The notes: generated from the sequence alone by a model not told the origin. Counted from the stretch's first letter, positions 28,906 to 39,000 are shown. The stretch: 64,000 nucleotides of DNA from an uncultured Candidatus Melainabacteria bacterium (GCA_947364235.1 CANARY010000003.1:184868-248867); one strand, 5' to 3'. Numbers and translations: made by a program.

Positions 28906-29610
28906 TTACTTAAATAACTTTCTGCCTATTCTGATAATTGTTGCACCTTCTTCCAGTGCTATTTTATAATCGTTACTCATCCCCATTGACAGTTCCGGTA
29001 AAGTAACTTTGAATTCTTTTTCTATCTCATCTCTGAATTCTTTTACGTCTTTAAATAATCGTTTAAGCTCTTTGTCTTCTGCTCCAAGAGGTGCCATACT
29101 CATTAAACCGATGACTTCTAAACCTGTTAATTTAATGATTTCTGCAAAATCGTTTTTTAGACCTTCTTTGCTGTAACCTGATTTTTGTTCTTCTTCTGCA
29201 TTATTAAGCTGTAATAAAACTTTCTCTTTCTTATTTAAACGGCAGGCTGCTTCTGATATGGCTTTTGCAATCTTTAATGAATCAACTGAATGGATTACAT
29301 CAAAATACTGCACAACTTTTTCTGCTTTATTCGATTGAAGATGACCAATGAAGTGGAATTTGGAGTTTTCCCTGACTTCCTCCGGAAGCTTTTTGATTTT
29401 TTCAATAGCATCAGCTCCTCTTGATTCTCCAAAATCTCGTATTCCCGCTTCATATCCTGCAAGTATTGAATCTAGTCCGAAATACTTGGTTACAGCGATT
29501 ATTTTAACGTTATAATGTGCGATATTTGTTTGAATTTCTTGAAGATTTGTTTTTACAAGCAAACGGTCGATTTTTACGTCTTCGCCCCAGTCCTTAGATT
29601 GTATTAACAT
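28906..29610 (-). CDS. yggS: PLP homeostasis protein (YggS family)
   Basis: IAVTK, FHFIGHLQSNK, IHSVDS, LSMGMSNDY..A.EEGAT.IRIG. Start at ATG 29610 (GAGGG SD). TTGAAC-17-TATAAT promoter upstream. Confidence 0.95.
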   Translation of the reverse strand: MLIQSKDWGEDVKIDRLLVKTNLQEIQTNIAHYNVKIIAVTKYFGLDSILAGYEAGIRDFGESRGADAIEKIKKLPEEVRENSKFHFIGHLQSNKAEKVVQYFDVIHSVDSLKIAKAISEAACRLNKKEKVLLQLNNAEEEQKSGYSKEGLKNDFAEIIKLTGLEVIGLMSMAPLGAEDKELKRLFKDVKEFRDEIEKEFKVTLPELSMGMSNDYKIALEEGATIIRIGRKLFK

Positions 29611-29645
29611 TTCCCTCAACCCTCTATTGTATTATATAACATACT

Positions 29646-29818
29646 CATGAGCTGTTCAAGAGTGTCTTTGTAACAACTTATCTGCATTTCCCAAACATGC
29701 TGAAACCCATGATTTACATGGATTTCAACCATGTCTAGAATGTTAAGTTTTATTAAGTTGTCATGTTTTTGTTAACAATTTGACATGAAAAGTCATGTGT
29801 TTTTGTTATTCGGGCATG
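29646..29818. repeat. CATG-rich intergenic segment (9 CATG in 173 nt) with palindromes
   Basis: CATG at 29646, 29696, 29708, 29717, 29730, 29762, 29784, 29794, 29815. Hairpin TGAAACCCATG-attta-CATGGATTTCA; palindrome TTGTTAACAA. Confidence 0.7.
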
Positions 29819-29826
29819 CCTTTAAA

Positions 29827-31164
29827 TTAATTGCCCAAATAAGCTAATGTTTCCATTATGCTGCTTGCAGTAGAGAATACTCTTGAGTTCATCTGAATCA
29901 TTCTTTGAGCAGAAATCATGTTTGTCAGCTCAAAAGCTATATCTACATTGGAGCCTTCATATCCTCCGGTTTCAATAGTGCCGAGTGACATTTCTCCTGC
30001 CATTCCGTAGAAAACTTCTCCTACGTCCGGTCCCCATTGCCATAAGTTATTATTTATTGATACAAGACCTTCTTCGTTTACCATTGTTGCAAGTTCAAGT
30101 ACGAATTCTGCATTTGTCAGTGATGAGCCTGTTGCAGCAACATCAGGACCTGTGATTACGACGCCTTCTGGAGTTGTGTATTTCCATTGAATGCTTTCGG
30201 TTCCATCAACGTATTGAGTAAGAATAGAGCCGTCTTTATAAGTTGCAACAACGATACCGTTTTCATCGATTGTTGCAGAGTCGAGAGAAATACCGTTTCT
30301 ATCGTTATAGTTTACCAAATCTTGCAAAATAACAGTTTGGGTTAGTATATCAGAAGTGCTGGATGCGGCAAGGCCTGTTTGAGCAAGGAAGTTGCTGGTA
30401 GTTCCTTCTTCGCTGTAGCTGATTGTGCCGTTCACTTTGATTATTCCATCTGCAGCGCTGAAGCTTACGCCTTGAACGCCGGAAGCAGCGATTGCGCCGT
30501 TAAAACTGTCAATAATTTCTTGTACAGTAGGATCGCCTTCTGGTACAGTTAAGGTAATGTCTGCACTTTTTGGGTTGCCGTCTGCGTCTGTGCCGGTAAT
30601 TGTGGCAGAGATGTTTCCAGAAGTAATACTTGCATTATTTAATTCGCTGATTTTTTTGCTGCCAATTTCCGGGTCTCCGATGATTTTTGCACTGAGGTTT
30701 TTAGGCACATTAACTGTTTTGTTTGAGCTTGAATTTGAGTATGTGGTTCTTGAAGCGACTACTTTCATTCCGTTTTGAGTAACAAGATTTCCGTCGGAAT
30801 CCATTGAAAAAATCCCATCTCTGGTAAAGTATTGTCTTCCTTCTGCATCTTGAACAACATAGAAGCCGTTTCCGGTAATCATTGTGTCTAAGTCTCTTCC
30901 TGTAGAAACAAATTCGCCTGATACAAAATTTCTTGTAATACCTCCGACTTTAACGCCCAGCCCGATTTGTTTAGGGTTTGTACCGCCGCCGTTTTTAGTT
31001 GCTGCGCTTCCATAAGAAAGGTTTCTTGAATAGAGCGTTTCAAAAGTCATGTTAGCAGATTTAAATGCTGTTGTATTAATGTTTGCAACGTTATTTGCGA
31101 TAACATTAATTTGGGATTGACCGGCGTTTATACCGGTGCTGGCTGTGTGCAATGCTTGTGACAT
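29827..31164 (-). CDS. flgE: Flagellar hook protein FlgE
   Basis: ALHTASTGI...VIANNVANINTTAFK, TGRDLD..I.GNGFY, YFTRDG.F, YEGSNVDIAFELTNMISAQR. Confidence 0.92.
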   Translation of the reverse strand: MSQALHTASTGINAGQSQINVIANNVANINTTAFKSANMTFETLYSRNLSYGSAATKNGGGTNPKQIGLGVKVGGITRNFVSGEFVSTGRDLDTMITGNGFYVVQDAEGRQYFTRDGIFSMDSDGNLVTQNGMKVVASRTTYSNSSSNKTVNVPKNLSAKIIGDPEIGSKKISELNNASITSGNISATITGTDADGNPKSADITLTVPEGDPTVQEIIDSFNGAIAASGVQGVSFSAADGIIKVNGTISYSEEGTTSNFLAQTGLAASSTSDILTQTVILQDLVNYNDRNGISLDSATIDENGIVVATYKDGSILTQYVDGTESIQWKYTTPEGVVITGPDVAATGSSLTNAEFVLELATMVNEEGLVSINNNLWQWGPDVGEVFYGMAGEMSLGTIETGGYEGSNVDIAFELTNMISAQRMIQMNSRVFSTASSIMETLAYLGN

Positions 31165-31685
31165 TATTTAATCTCCTGTGCTGTCTGGGTTGTATTAGGG
31201 GTGTGTTCTTTAACTCCGATGATGTTTCCAATTGAATAAAATTCACCATTAACTTTTACTTTTCCTGTTCCGTCTTTAAAGCTTGCTTCTGTTACAGTGC
31301 CGGTGATTTCTACTGTTTTTGTTTTATCTTTTTCATCAGGAATAGAAATTGTAACGTCTTTTCCAATCAGTGAAAGTGTTTGATTGATTTCTGAGTTAGC
31401 AGTCATGTCGGCGTAAATAGCTGACATATAGGTCATGCAGTCTTTTAATCCTGTATTCATTTGCGTCATCTGTTCCAATGAAGAATATTGAGCTAATTGT
31501 GCCAGCCATTGAGCGTTATCTGTAGGCTCTGTAGGGTCTTGATTCTCAAGCTGTTTAAGCATTAGAGTTAAAAACATATTACTGTCAGTAACATCGGATG
31601 ATGTTGTTCTTTTTTTCATCTCGTCTGCTTTTTGAGTGGCAGTCATATTCTGCATGTTTGTTATACTATCTGTAACTGTGGTCAT
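31164..31685 (-). CDS. flgD: Flagellar hook-capping protein FlgD
   Basis: FLTLMLKQLENQDPTEP, AQLAQYSSLEQM, LSLIGK.V. Confidence 0.95.
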   Translation of the reverse strand: MTTVTDSITNMQNMTATQKADEMKKRTTSSDVTDSNMFLTLMLKQLENQDPTEPTDNAQWLAQLAQYSSLEQMTQMNTGLKDCMTYMSAIYADMTANSEINQTLSLIGKDVTISIPDEKDKTKTVEITGTVTEASFKDGTGKVKVNGEFYSIGNIIGVKEHTPNTTQTAQEIK

Positions 31686-31707
31686 AACCTTCTCCCAATT
31701 TTAATTT

Positions 31708-32784
31708 TTATACTTCACCATTTTCTGCAAAAGCCATTGCTTGTTCGAATTGTTCTTTATCTTTTCTTTCTTTTTGCGAACCTTGCTCTCTTTTTCCTTG
31801 ATTTTGATTTTCGTCTTCTGTCCAGTCAGGGTTGTATTCGCTTTCTTGTGTGTCGTTTAGTTTTACAGACACGTTATCAATATTTACACCGTGTGACAAA
31901 AGAGTTTCTTTAAGTCCGTCTAAGCCTTTCATGATTAAATTTCTGGCTTCTTGTGTTGCAACTGTAAATTGTGCTGATAACCCTTCTTTGGTATTAATGA
32001 GCTGAATTGAAACTTTGCCTAAAGACTCTGGATTTAGAACCATGCTTACCTTTGAGCCGGATTTCATACCTTCCATTTGTTTCGTAATTTGCTCAATAAT
32101 TTTACTTGGATTGGTTTCTTGAGTTTGTACTGGTTTTTGTGCCGGCTGAACTTCAGCTGGTTTGATTTCCGGTTTTATCTCTGCAAAATCTGTATCAGTC
32201 TGGAGCATAATTTTTAACCCCTGTTCTTGAGGAGTCTGGTTTTTCAATAAATCTGAACCCGAATTGCCGCTTTCAGCTTCTAAAGATTCGATATTTAATT
32301 CTTTTAAGATATCTTCATCTACAAGTTCTTCAATAGCCTTGCCGTTTTCTGTGTCGTCGGTTTTATTGGTTTTGTCTCCTTTATTTATCTCTGTTTGAAC
32401 AACCGCAGAAGTTTTTGTATCGATATTATTTGTATTAGTGATTTTTACGGGAATTTCTGCAAGTGATTCATCTTCTTGAGATGTTTCCGGTACTTTTGCT
32501 TCGACTTCTTGTGTGTCTTCTGTTTGAGCTGGAGTGATTATTTGAAGAATTCCGCTTAAAACTTGTTCTGTTTCAGCTTCAGAAACAGTGTTTTCGCTTG
32601 TTTCGTCTTCACTTGTTTTATCTTCAGAAATAACGGTTTCTGTATCAACAGTTTCTTTTGGTTTATCAGAAGCTGTTTTCTTATCAAATAATGTTTGAAA
32701 GTTTGCAATAGGACTGTTTTCTTGAGTTTTTACAAGTTCCGAATTTGTTATATTAATATTATTATTTGCTAAAGCTTGAACCAT
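31708..32784 (-). CDS. fliK: Flagellar hook-length control protein FliK
   Basis: Acidic low-complexity N-terminus; C-terminal MVLNPESLGKVSI...L...LKETL..HGV motif. Confidence 0.88.
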   Translation of the reverse strand: MVQALANNNINITNSELVKTQENSPIANFQTLFDKKTASDKPKETVDTETVISEDKTSEDETSENTVSEAETEQVLSGILQIITPAQTEDTQEVEAKVPETSQEDESLAEIPVKITNTNNIDTKTSAVVQTEINKGDKTNKTDDTENGKAIEELVDEDILKELNIESLEAESGNSGSDLLKNQTPQEQGLKIMLQTDTDFAEIKPEIKPAEVQPAQKPVQTQETNPSKIIEQITKQMEGMKSGSKVSMVLNPESLGKVSIQLINTKEGLSAQFTVATQEARNLIMKGLDGLKETLLSHGVNIDNVSVKLNDTQESEYNPDWTEDENQNQGKREQGSQKERKDKEQFEQAMAFAENGEV

Positions 32785-32785
32785 T

Positions 32786-33229
32786 TTATCCTATCTTAAA
32801 TCTTGCTGATGTAATATCGTCTATTTCTTTCATTTCTGAGTTTAGAAACTCTTTATAATACGCTTTTTCTTGTTTTTCTTTAAGCTTTTTTAATACTTCA
32901 ACTTTCTGGTGAGCTTCTTTAACTTCTTGCTGTTTTCGGGTGAGAATAGCTTTTGTGTTATTAATTATTCTTTCCTGATTTTGAGCATCAACTACGAGTT
33001 TTATACCAAAAGTTCTGTGTTCTTCCAGCTGAAAGATATCCAGATTTTCAGATGTTGCAAGAGCTTCTTGTCTTGCGGTGTTATCTTGCTGGTGCTGGAT
33101 AATGTTTTGAAGCTTTTCCTGCTGTTGATTTAGAGCTGTAACAATTTTAGACATTTCCATCTGACGTTCTTCAAGCTCTTTTTCACGCATGTCAAGCACA
33201 ACCTGCAGCCTGAATTTAAACTTCTTCAA
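32786..33229 (-). CDS. fliJ: Flagellar export protein FliJ
   Basis: MKKFKFRLQVVLDMRE, coiled coil, EKLKEK, KEIDD; TTG start after an AAGG SD. Confidence 0.85.
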   Translation of the reverse strand: MKKFKFRLQVVLDMREKELEERQMEMSKIVTALNQQQEKLQNIIQHQQDNTARQEALATSENLDIFQLEEHRTFGIKLVVDAQNQERIINNTKAILTRKQQEVKEAHQKVEVLKKLKEKQEKAYYKEFLNSEMKEIDDITSARFKIG

Positions 33230-33306
33230 CTTACCTTAACCTCACCAAGTATTTCTTTAAGTTTAAAGCATGACGGCAATTACATCATCGTATATATGGA
33301 GTAAAT

Positions 33307-34077
33307 TTAAGCAATTTTAGCTTTTATTCTTTCAATAAGCTTTGAGACGCTCTCTTTTTCTTCTTCCGGAATATCAAAGTTTGTGTAATCTTCAAAATAT
33401 TCAATTGCGTCTTCAAAATCTTCTCTTGCAAGAAAAAGAACGCCGGCTTTTTTATATGCTAAAGTAAATTTATCATTCACAGCGATTGCTTTCAAATAGT
33501 TTGAAATAGCTTTATCAATCTCATTATTGCCTTCATAAGCTTGAGCCAATGCGTAGTACAAAAGTTCATTATTTGCATTATATTCAATAACATTTTCAAA
33601 GTTTGAAATTGCACTTTCGTAATCTCCAAGCTCAAAGCAGACATGACCTAAATCATAATAAGCATCATAATTTTCCGGCTCACCGTCTAAAACTCTTTCG
33701 AGTTCGATAATTGCGTCTTCCCATCTCTGGTCTTCGATATAAACTCTTGCAAGCAGGTGGGCAATTGCAAGGTTTTCAGGAAGCTCATAAGTTCCTCTCT
33801 GTAAAGTACCGAGCGCAGAAGGTAAATCTTCTGCTTTGTAATACAAATCTGATAAATTGATATAAGCCTGAGCGAGTTCAGGGTCAAGCTCAAGAGCTTT
33901 TGTATAAAATCTTTCAGCTTGATCAAAATTACCAAGGCAGGAATAAGCTACGCCCATGTTGTTGTAAATATCAGCATTATCTGGTTCATTTTCTAAAACT
34001 AAGCTGAATGCATCAATTGCTTCTTCGTATTTACGCTCTTTAAAAAGCGTCATTGCCTTATCAATTTTTTCAGACAT
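33307..34077 (-). CDS. Tetratricopeptide repeat protein
   Basis: About 7 TPR units (IYNNMGVAY, AYINLSDLY, AYYDLGHV). Confidence 0.9.
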   Translation of the reverse strand: MSEKIDKAMTLFKERKYEEAIDAFSLVLENEPDNADIYNNMGVAYSCLGNFDQAERFYTKALELDPELAQAYINLSDLYYKAEDLPSALGTLQRGTYELPENLAIAHLLARVYIEDQRWEDAIIELERVLDGEPENYDAYYDLGHVCFELGDYESAISNFENVIEYNANNELLYYALAQAYEGNNEIDKAISNYLKAIAVNDKFTLAYKKAGVLFLAREDFEDAIEYFEDYTNFDIPEEEKESVSKLIERIKAKIA

Positions 34078-35033
34078 TATAAATCCTCTTGGTCTTTTGT
34101 ATCAATGTTGTGAATAATGGTTCTTACGTTTCCTTCAGCCTGAAAATCTTTAGGATCCATTGTCATCTTGATTTTGTCTGCGATAATATCTTTATCCTGC
34201 TGAACGATTTTTGATCTGCCTACAAAGTAAACTTCGTTAGGCTTTCCGGTTTTTGCATCTGGAAATACGGAAACTTTAGGGCCTTGAGCAAAGTAATCAT
34301 CAAACCAGATTTTTACGTGACCGCTTCCGATATAAGTGTTTTGTTTTTTGCTATACTGCTGATAATCAGAATGAATTGTAAGTTTTTTGCCATCATCAGT
34401 CAGAGCAACAGTTTTGGTATTTCCTGAAACACTCATTTCTTCTGTTATCGGATTGTAAACAAAATGGTGTCCTTCTGATTCATTATTTTCTTGTTTAACT
34501 CTTGCATTTCCGATTAAGTCAATTTTCTTTAAACCGCCTTTTTCGTCAGCAATAATAACTGCTTTATCTGAGTATGTATCAATATCTTTGTATTTCATTG
34601 TTACAGCGCCTGTGCAGACCATAACACTGCTTTTGATATCGTATTCCTGAGCGTCAGCGTTAATTGTAACGATTGGAGTATTGCCTTCTGTGATTACTGA
34701 CTGAGCATCTCCTTCTGCTCTTACGACTTTATTAATTAAAGAAACTTTTAAAATATTTGCTTTAACTTCTCTTTTTTTATTTGCATTTATTTCATAAGCG
34801 TAAGGTTTGTTGTAGAAAGTTGCGGTATCAAGCTTATTGTTGCGTCTGATTGTTACATCAGCTTTTTCGCTTTCTACAGTTAAGTTATCAAGCTTCACTT
34901 TTACTCCGCCGTCAAGTTTAATTTTCTTTTCTTTATCAGAAAAAGTCTGGGTTTTTGAATCGATAATTAAATCAGATGAAAAAACCGCCATAGTTGAAAA
35001 CATTAACAATAATAATACCAGAACCTTTTTCAT
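34077..35033 (-). CDS. OstA/LptA-like beta-jellyroll protein (tandem domains)
   Basis: Signal peptide; repeated beta-strand units (L.G.V.V, GDAQSV, GNARV.Q); directly downstream of lptC. Confidence 0.75.
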   Translation of the reverse strand: MKKVLVLLLLMFSTMAVFSSDLIIDSKTQTFSDKEKKIKLDGGVKVKLDNLTVESEKADVTIRRNNKLDTATFYNKPYAYEINANKKREVKANILKVSLINKVVRAEGDAQSVITEGNTPIVTINADAQEYDIKSSVMVCTGAVTMKYKDIDTYSDKAVIIADEKGGLKKIDLIGNARVKQENNESEGHHFVYNPITEEMSVSGNTKTVALTDDGKKLTIHSDYQQYSKKQNTYIGSGHVKIWFDDYFAQGPKVSVFPDAKTGKPNEVYFVGRSKIVQQDKDIIADKIKMTMDPKDFQAEGNVRTIIHNIDTKDQEDL

Positions 35034-35644
35034 TCAGTTTTTCCCTTTCTCTCGTAAAGCTTGGTTGTTGTTTTGCCGGCTATTTTAAAGTTCTCATATC
35101 CGGCGCTTATGAAGCCTTTTTCTGCAGTTGCAACCATTTCATTATTTTTCTTGATGACTACATTGCCTTCTGCAACAGTTTCTTTATCAGAACCTGACCA
35201 GATTAACTTATCTGTGTTTAAAGAAGTTGAATCTTCAAGTACAATGTAAGTATTCTCATAAAGTGTAATTACACCTGTTTTTTCATCGTAAGTACCTTTT
35301 GATGATTGAAAACTCATTGCAACATTACCATCTTTATAGAAATTTCCTATAACATTGTGTAAAGTTGCGATGCTGTGGTCATTGCTGTAATTTCCAGTTT
35401 CTCCGTAAATCTCAAAGTATTTACTTCCTTCTTTTGTTTCAGTGATAATAATTCCTATAGCATCAACTTTTTGTTCATCAGCAGAACCTTTTAGCTGGTC
35501 TCTTGAGTACTTTCCGGTAATCATCACAGCACTCATAAACGCCCAGGTCATTACAATCAAAACTGCCAGAACTGTAAACAGGTACGTTCTTTTTTTCTTA
35601 TCCAGATTCTTATATCTCTCATAAATTCTCTTAAGAGTTTTCAT
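35030..35644 (-). CDS. lptC: LPS export periplasmic protein LptC
   Basis: Single N-terminal TM helix, then S.KG.YD, L.TDKLIWSGS beta-jellyroll. TG-T-TAAAAT 6 nt before the ATG. Confidence 0.8.
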   Translation of the reverse strand: MKTLKRIYERYKNLDKKKRTYLFTVLAVLIVMTWAFMSAVMITGKYSRDQLKGSADEQKVDAIGIIITETKEGSKYFEIYGETGNYSNDHSIATLHNVIGNFYKDGNVAMSFQSSKGTYDEKTGVITLYENTYIVLEDSTSLNTDKLIWSGSDKETVAEGNVVIKKNNEMVATAEKGFISAGYENFKIAGKTTTKLYERKGKTE

Positions 35645-35675
35645 AGGATTATTTTAACATACTGAAAAATGCACA

Positions 35676-36839
35676 TCAACCGATAACGTAATCTTCTGTT
35701 TTCAGTGACAGAATTTTTACAACTTCTTCTTTACTTGTTGTAGAGCCAAAAATTATTGCAAACAAAGGGTTTTCATGCGGGTTGATTCTTCTTACTTCAA
35801 GAACATTAGAATAGTTTGATAAAAATCTTTCATAATCAAACCCTTGAATTTTCTTTCTTTCTAATCCAAATGGTACTTCTGCCATCGAGAAATAGAAAAC
35901 TTCTTTGCCTGCATTAGAAAGAATGTTATTCCAATCCGGCATTTGCTGTCTGTAAAAATATTCATAAGGATTTATGCCCCACGCATATTTTGCAACATCT
36001 GTTGTACACCAGCCTGCAAAACGCATTGGATTAACTTCTATGGGAACGATTGTGCCGTCTTCTTTTACCCGCAGTTCTAAATGCATAGGAAAGTTTCTGA
36101 CATTTTTCATTTGGCCGATTTCTCTTAAAAGCTGTCCGAATTTTGCCATGTATTTAATCATAATTCCTGTTGACATCAGGTAAATCCTATCTTTTACATC
36201 TTGAGAATTGAAAAATGGATGCTGGAAAATATTGAGGATTACAGGTTCTCCATCTCTATCAAAATAAGCATCAATTGCGTATTCTTCGCCTTCAATTAAC
36301 TCTTCAATTATAAATTTTGAAGCACTAATAACATGCTGCGGATACATCATAGCTGCCTGCCGCATTTCTTTTTCTATTTTTCCGATAACATCTTGCCATT
36401 CTTTTGAATCTTTAACTGTATGTACTCCAAAACTTAAAAATCCAACAGCCGGTTTTACTACTACTGGAAAACGAATTTCTGCCGGCTGTAATTTCTTAAG
36501 CTCTTCAAGATTTGCTGATTTAAAATAAAAATCAGGGTAAATCGTTTGAAGCATTTTTCTAAACAAAATCTTATCTTTAAAAAGTTTTATATAAGAAGCA
36601 AGATTGGAGTCTGGTAAATTTTTTAAAACCCAGGTAATTGCATTTTCAGAATTAGCATAAATCATCGGGAATTCTTGAGTTGAATAGTATTTAACAGCTG
36701 CGTTAGACGATATTATGCTAAAAGCGCCTTCTTCTATTTCTGCATTTTCAACGGCTTTATTGTCAAGCACCGGCCAGTCGTTTTGAACTATTGTTTCAAT
36801 TAAAAATTCTGAGACATACGGCTTCTCAATTATTATCAT
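35676..36839 (-). CDS. ATP-grasp domain protein
   Basis: DKILFR, PVVVKP..G, IIEELIEGEEY..D, HLELR, IEVNPMRFAGW. Confidence 0.85.
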   Translation of the reverse strand: MIIIEKPYVSEFLIETIVQNDWPVLDNKAVENAEIEEGAFSIISSNAAVKYYSTQEFPMIYANSENAITWVLKNLPDSNLASYIKLFKDKILFRKMLQTIYPDFYFKSANLEELKKLQPAEIRFPVVVKPAVGFLSFGVHTVKDSKEWQDVIGKIEKEMRQAAMMYPQHVISASKFIIEELIEGEEYAIDAYFDRDGEPVILNIFQHPFFNSQDVKDRIYLMSTGIMIKYMAKFGQLLREIGQMKNVRNFPMHLELRVKEDGTIVPIEVNPMRFAGWCTTDVAKYAWGINPYEYFYRQQMPDWNNILSNAGKEVFYFSMAEVPFGLERKKIQGFDYERFLSNYSNVLEVRRINPHENPLFAIIFGSTTSKEEVVKILSLKTEDYVIG

Positions 36840-36872
36840 TTTTTATACCTCTTGCAGGTTAATTATAGCAAA

Positions 36873-36900
36873 ACCGGCGGGTTTTGTTAAGTCCGCCGGT
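36873..36900 (-). terminator. Intrinsic terminator after the haemagglutinin-like gene
   Basis: ACCGGCGG-12 nt-CCGCCGGT with an adjacent A-run on +. Confidence 0.65.
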
Positions 36901-36932
36901 TCGTTTATTATCTTACATCTATTTTTTTACCC

Positions 36933-38921
36933 CTATTTACCCATCGGGTATGCTCTTACTACTGTTACTGATCCGTCAACGTTCTTTCTGACTCCTGTGT
37001 CGACATCATCGTCATCTAAATCTGCTGCGTATGCTACTGGAGTTTGTACTTGATTTAAATCGACACCGTGGTTTTCGAAGCTGTGAAGAACTTTTACGTT
37101 TTCATTGTCATCTGGATTAATCGGTTCTGGAGTTGGATCTACCGGATCAACTGGATCAACTGGGTCAACTGGTTTTTCAGGTCCTACGAGATAAGTTGTT
37201 TCGCCTTTAACTTGTACGCCGTCGTTGTGTCCGCCTTTTCCGTCTGTGTTTTCGTATGTGATAACTTCATCTGGATTGATTGTTACGACTTTACCATCTT
37301 TGATATCTGTATAGTTAAGTTTGTAATCTCTGCCAGGGAAGTCAACTTTAAGTTTATCTGTTTCTTTACCGACATTGATTTCTTTTGCGTGTACATCGCC
37401 TGTAATTTCCATATATTTGTTAGGAGCTGTGATGTTAATTGTACCTGCGTTAGCGCCTGTTACTTTTACGTCGCCTTTTGATAAAATATTTGCAGTTGTC
37501 GGAGTTTCGATTTTTGTAATATTTCCGCCTGCAATATTGATATTTGCAGAAGCTTTTGGAGCATCAGGAATGTAAATGTAGTTTTCCATTACATTGATAA
37601 TATTTTGTGTTCCATCTAAACCGCCAAGGTAACCTGCTGAAGAAAATTCATATTCGTTAGCTGTCAAAGTTGCTTTGCCGTCAGTTAATACGTTTAACTT
37701 ATCAGATTTTAATGAAATTTTATTTGCTTTTACGTCAACAGTAGTCATTACATGGCCTTCGTTAGCGTGTGCAGTTAAGTTTCCGCCGACAGTCAAGCTG
37801 CCGTCTAATAATTGTCCCTGTTCATAATTGTAGTTGCCAATGTGGATGTTATTTTCTGATTCAATTGTTACATCTCCGCCGACAGTGTTATTTCCGACTA
37901 CGTGAACAAAGTGTTTGTATCCTTCTTTGTTTTCAGAAATTTTAGGAGTTTTAAGTGTCATGTTTTTACCAACTTGAACATTTCCTACTTCCAAGAAACC
38001 GCCGCCGTTTGTCATATTCAAATTACCGTCAACTTTTGTGTTTCTTGCGTACATCAAAACGCCGTTTCCTGTAACATCAACGTCGCCTTTTACATGAAGG
38101 GCTTTACCGTTTGCTACATAGTTTAAGGCTACGCTGTCGTCTGATTTAATGTTTAAATTGCCGTTTATTGTGCCGCCGCCAACAGTTTTTACAATGCCTT
38201 TATCTGCTATTACATAAACATCTCCGTCAATGTTAACTGTTTCAAGTCTTACGCCTTTATTTGAAGCAAGGTTGCCTGTTGAAAGATAATCTTGTCCGTT
38301 TTGAGTTATAAGCTTCATACCGTCTTGAGTTTTGATTTCGCCTCTTATAACATCGATAGAAGGAGCTAAGATGTTGAATTCACCTCCAACATTGAAGTTA
38401 GAGTCTTGGATGGTTACCATCCCAACGGAAGCTGCGGTTGGAATGTTTGTGATATCCATTCTGCCGTCAACAAAAGTTGCTGTCATTGGCTGTGTAGTAA
38501 TCATTGCGTCGCCTGCTGTTGTGAACTGAGCGCCGTCAAATAATACGCCGTTAGGGTTTGAAATAATTAACTGGGCGATACCTTGGTTTGCGTTAATTTG
38601 ACCGTGGATATTTGACATACCTCTGTTAACTGTGTTCAAAACAGTAATTCCGCTTACACCGTTATTTGCATTGAAGTTTAAAGTTTCGCCTTTGTTAACG
38701 TTCAAAGTATCCCAGTTTACGTGAGAATTGCCATTGAAATTAATGTTAACGTTTCCTGTTCCTTGACCGGTTACTCCATCGAATCCGCCAGCGGCATTAT
38801 TGATTACTGCACCGCCATTGCCTGCACCAAGTCCTGTGTCGATTGAAGCAGAAGCAATTTGCATTGTTGCGAATAAAGCGGTTAAAACAAGTGCTGAAAC
38901 TTTTTTGCTTAATTTCTTCAT
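36933..38921 (-). CDS. Filamentous haemagglutinin N-terminal (TPS) domain beta-helix adhesin-like protein
   Basis: Signal peptide; NW..LNV..GE...F, VLN.V, I.G.I.AN, ISNPNGVLF motifs; Gly/Asn-rich beta-helix; Pro-rich linker. Confidence 0.88.
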   Translation of the reverse strand: MKKLSKKVSALVLTALFATMQIASASIDTGLGAGNGGAVINNAAGGFDGVTGQGTGNVNINFNGNSHVNWDTLNVNKGETLNFNANNGVSGITVLNTVNRGMSNIHGQINANQGIAQLIISNPNGVLFDGAQFTTAGDAMITTQPMTATFVDGRMDITNIPTAASVGMVTIQDSNFNVGGEFNILAPSIDVIRGEIKTQDGMKLITQNGQDYLSTGNLASNKGVRLETVNIDGDVYVIADKGIVKTVGGGTINGNLNIKSDDSVALNYVANGKALHVKGDVDVTGNGVLMYARNTKVDGNLNMTNGGGFLEVGNVQVGKNMTLKTPKISENKEGYKHFVHVVGNNTVGGDVTIESENNIHIGNYNYEQGQLLDGSLTVGGNLTAHANEGHVMTTVDVKANKISLKSDKLNVLTDGKATLTANEYEFSSAGYLGGLDGTQNIINVMENYIYIPDAPKASANINIAGGNITKIETPTTANILSKGDVKVTGANAGTINITAPNKYMEITGDVHAKEINVGKETDKLKVDFPGRDYKLNYTDIKDGKVVTINPDEVITYENTDGKGGHNDGVQVKGETTYLVGPEKPVDPVDPVDPVDPTPEPINPDDNENVKVLHSFENHGVDLNQVQTPVAYAADLDDDDVDTGVRKNVDGSVTVVRAYPMGK
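37137..37172 (-). repeat. 9-bp coding tandem repeat, (PVD)x4
   Basis: Minus strand CCAGTTGAC CCAGTTGAT CCAGTTGAT CCGGTAGAT. Confidence 0.85.
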
Positions 38922-39000
38922 ATTAAAACTCCTCTATTTTCCTTTTCTTATTTATTTAAAGTTTTTGGAGTTTTAAAAATTGCCTTTTTGTAACAGAAGT

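Noticed and set aside
29646-29818. CATG region as a CRISPR array or a confirmed oriC
   Set aside because: No constant repeat-spacer period or cas genes. No clear DnaA-box cluster, no dnaA nearby, and gene orientation does not switch here.
33270-33296. Possible sigma-28 promoter for the first fliJ operon (TATA-N15-GCCGTCAT on minus)
   Set aside because: Mismatches in both boxes; too weak to call.
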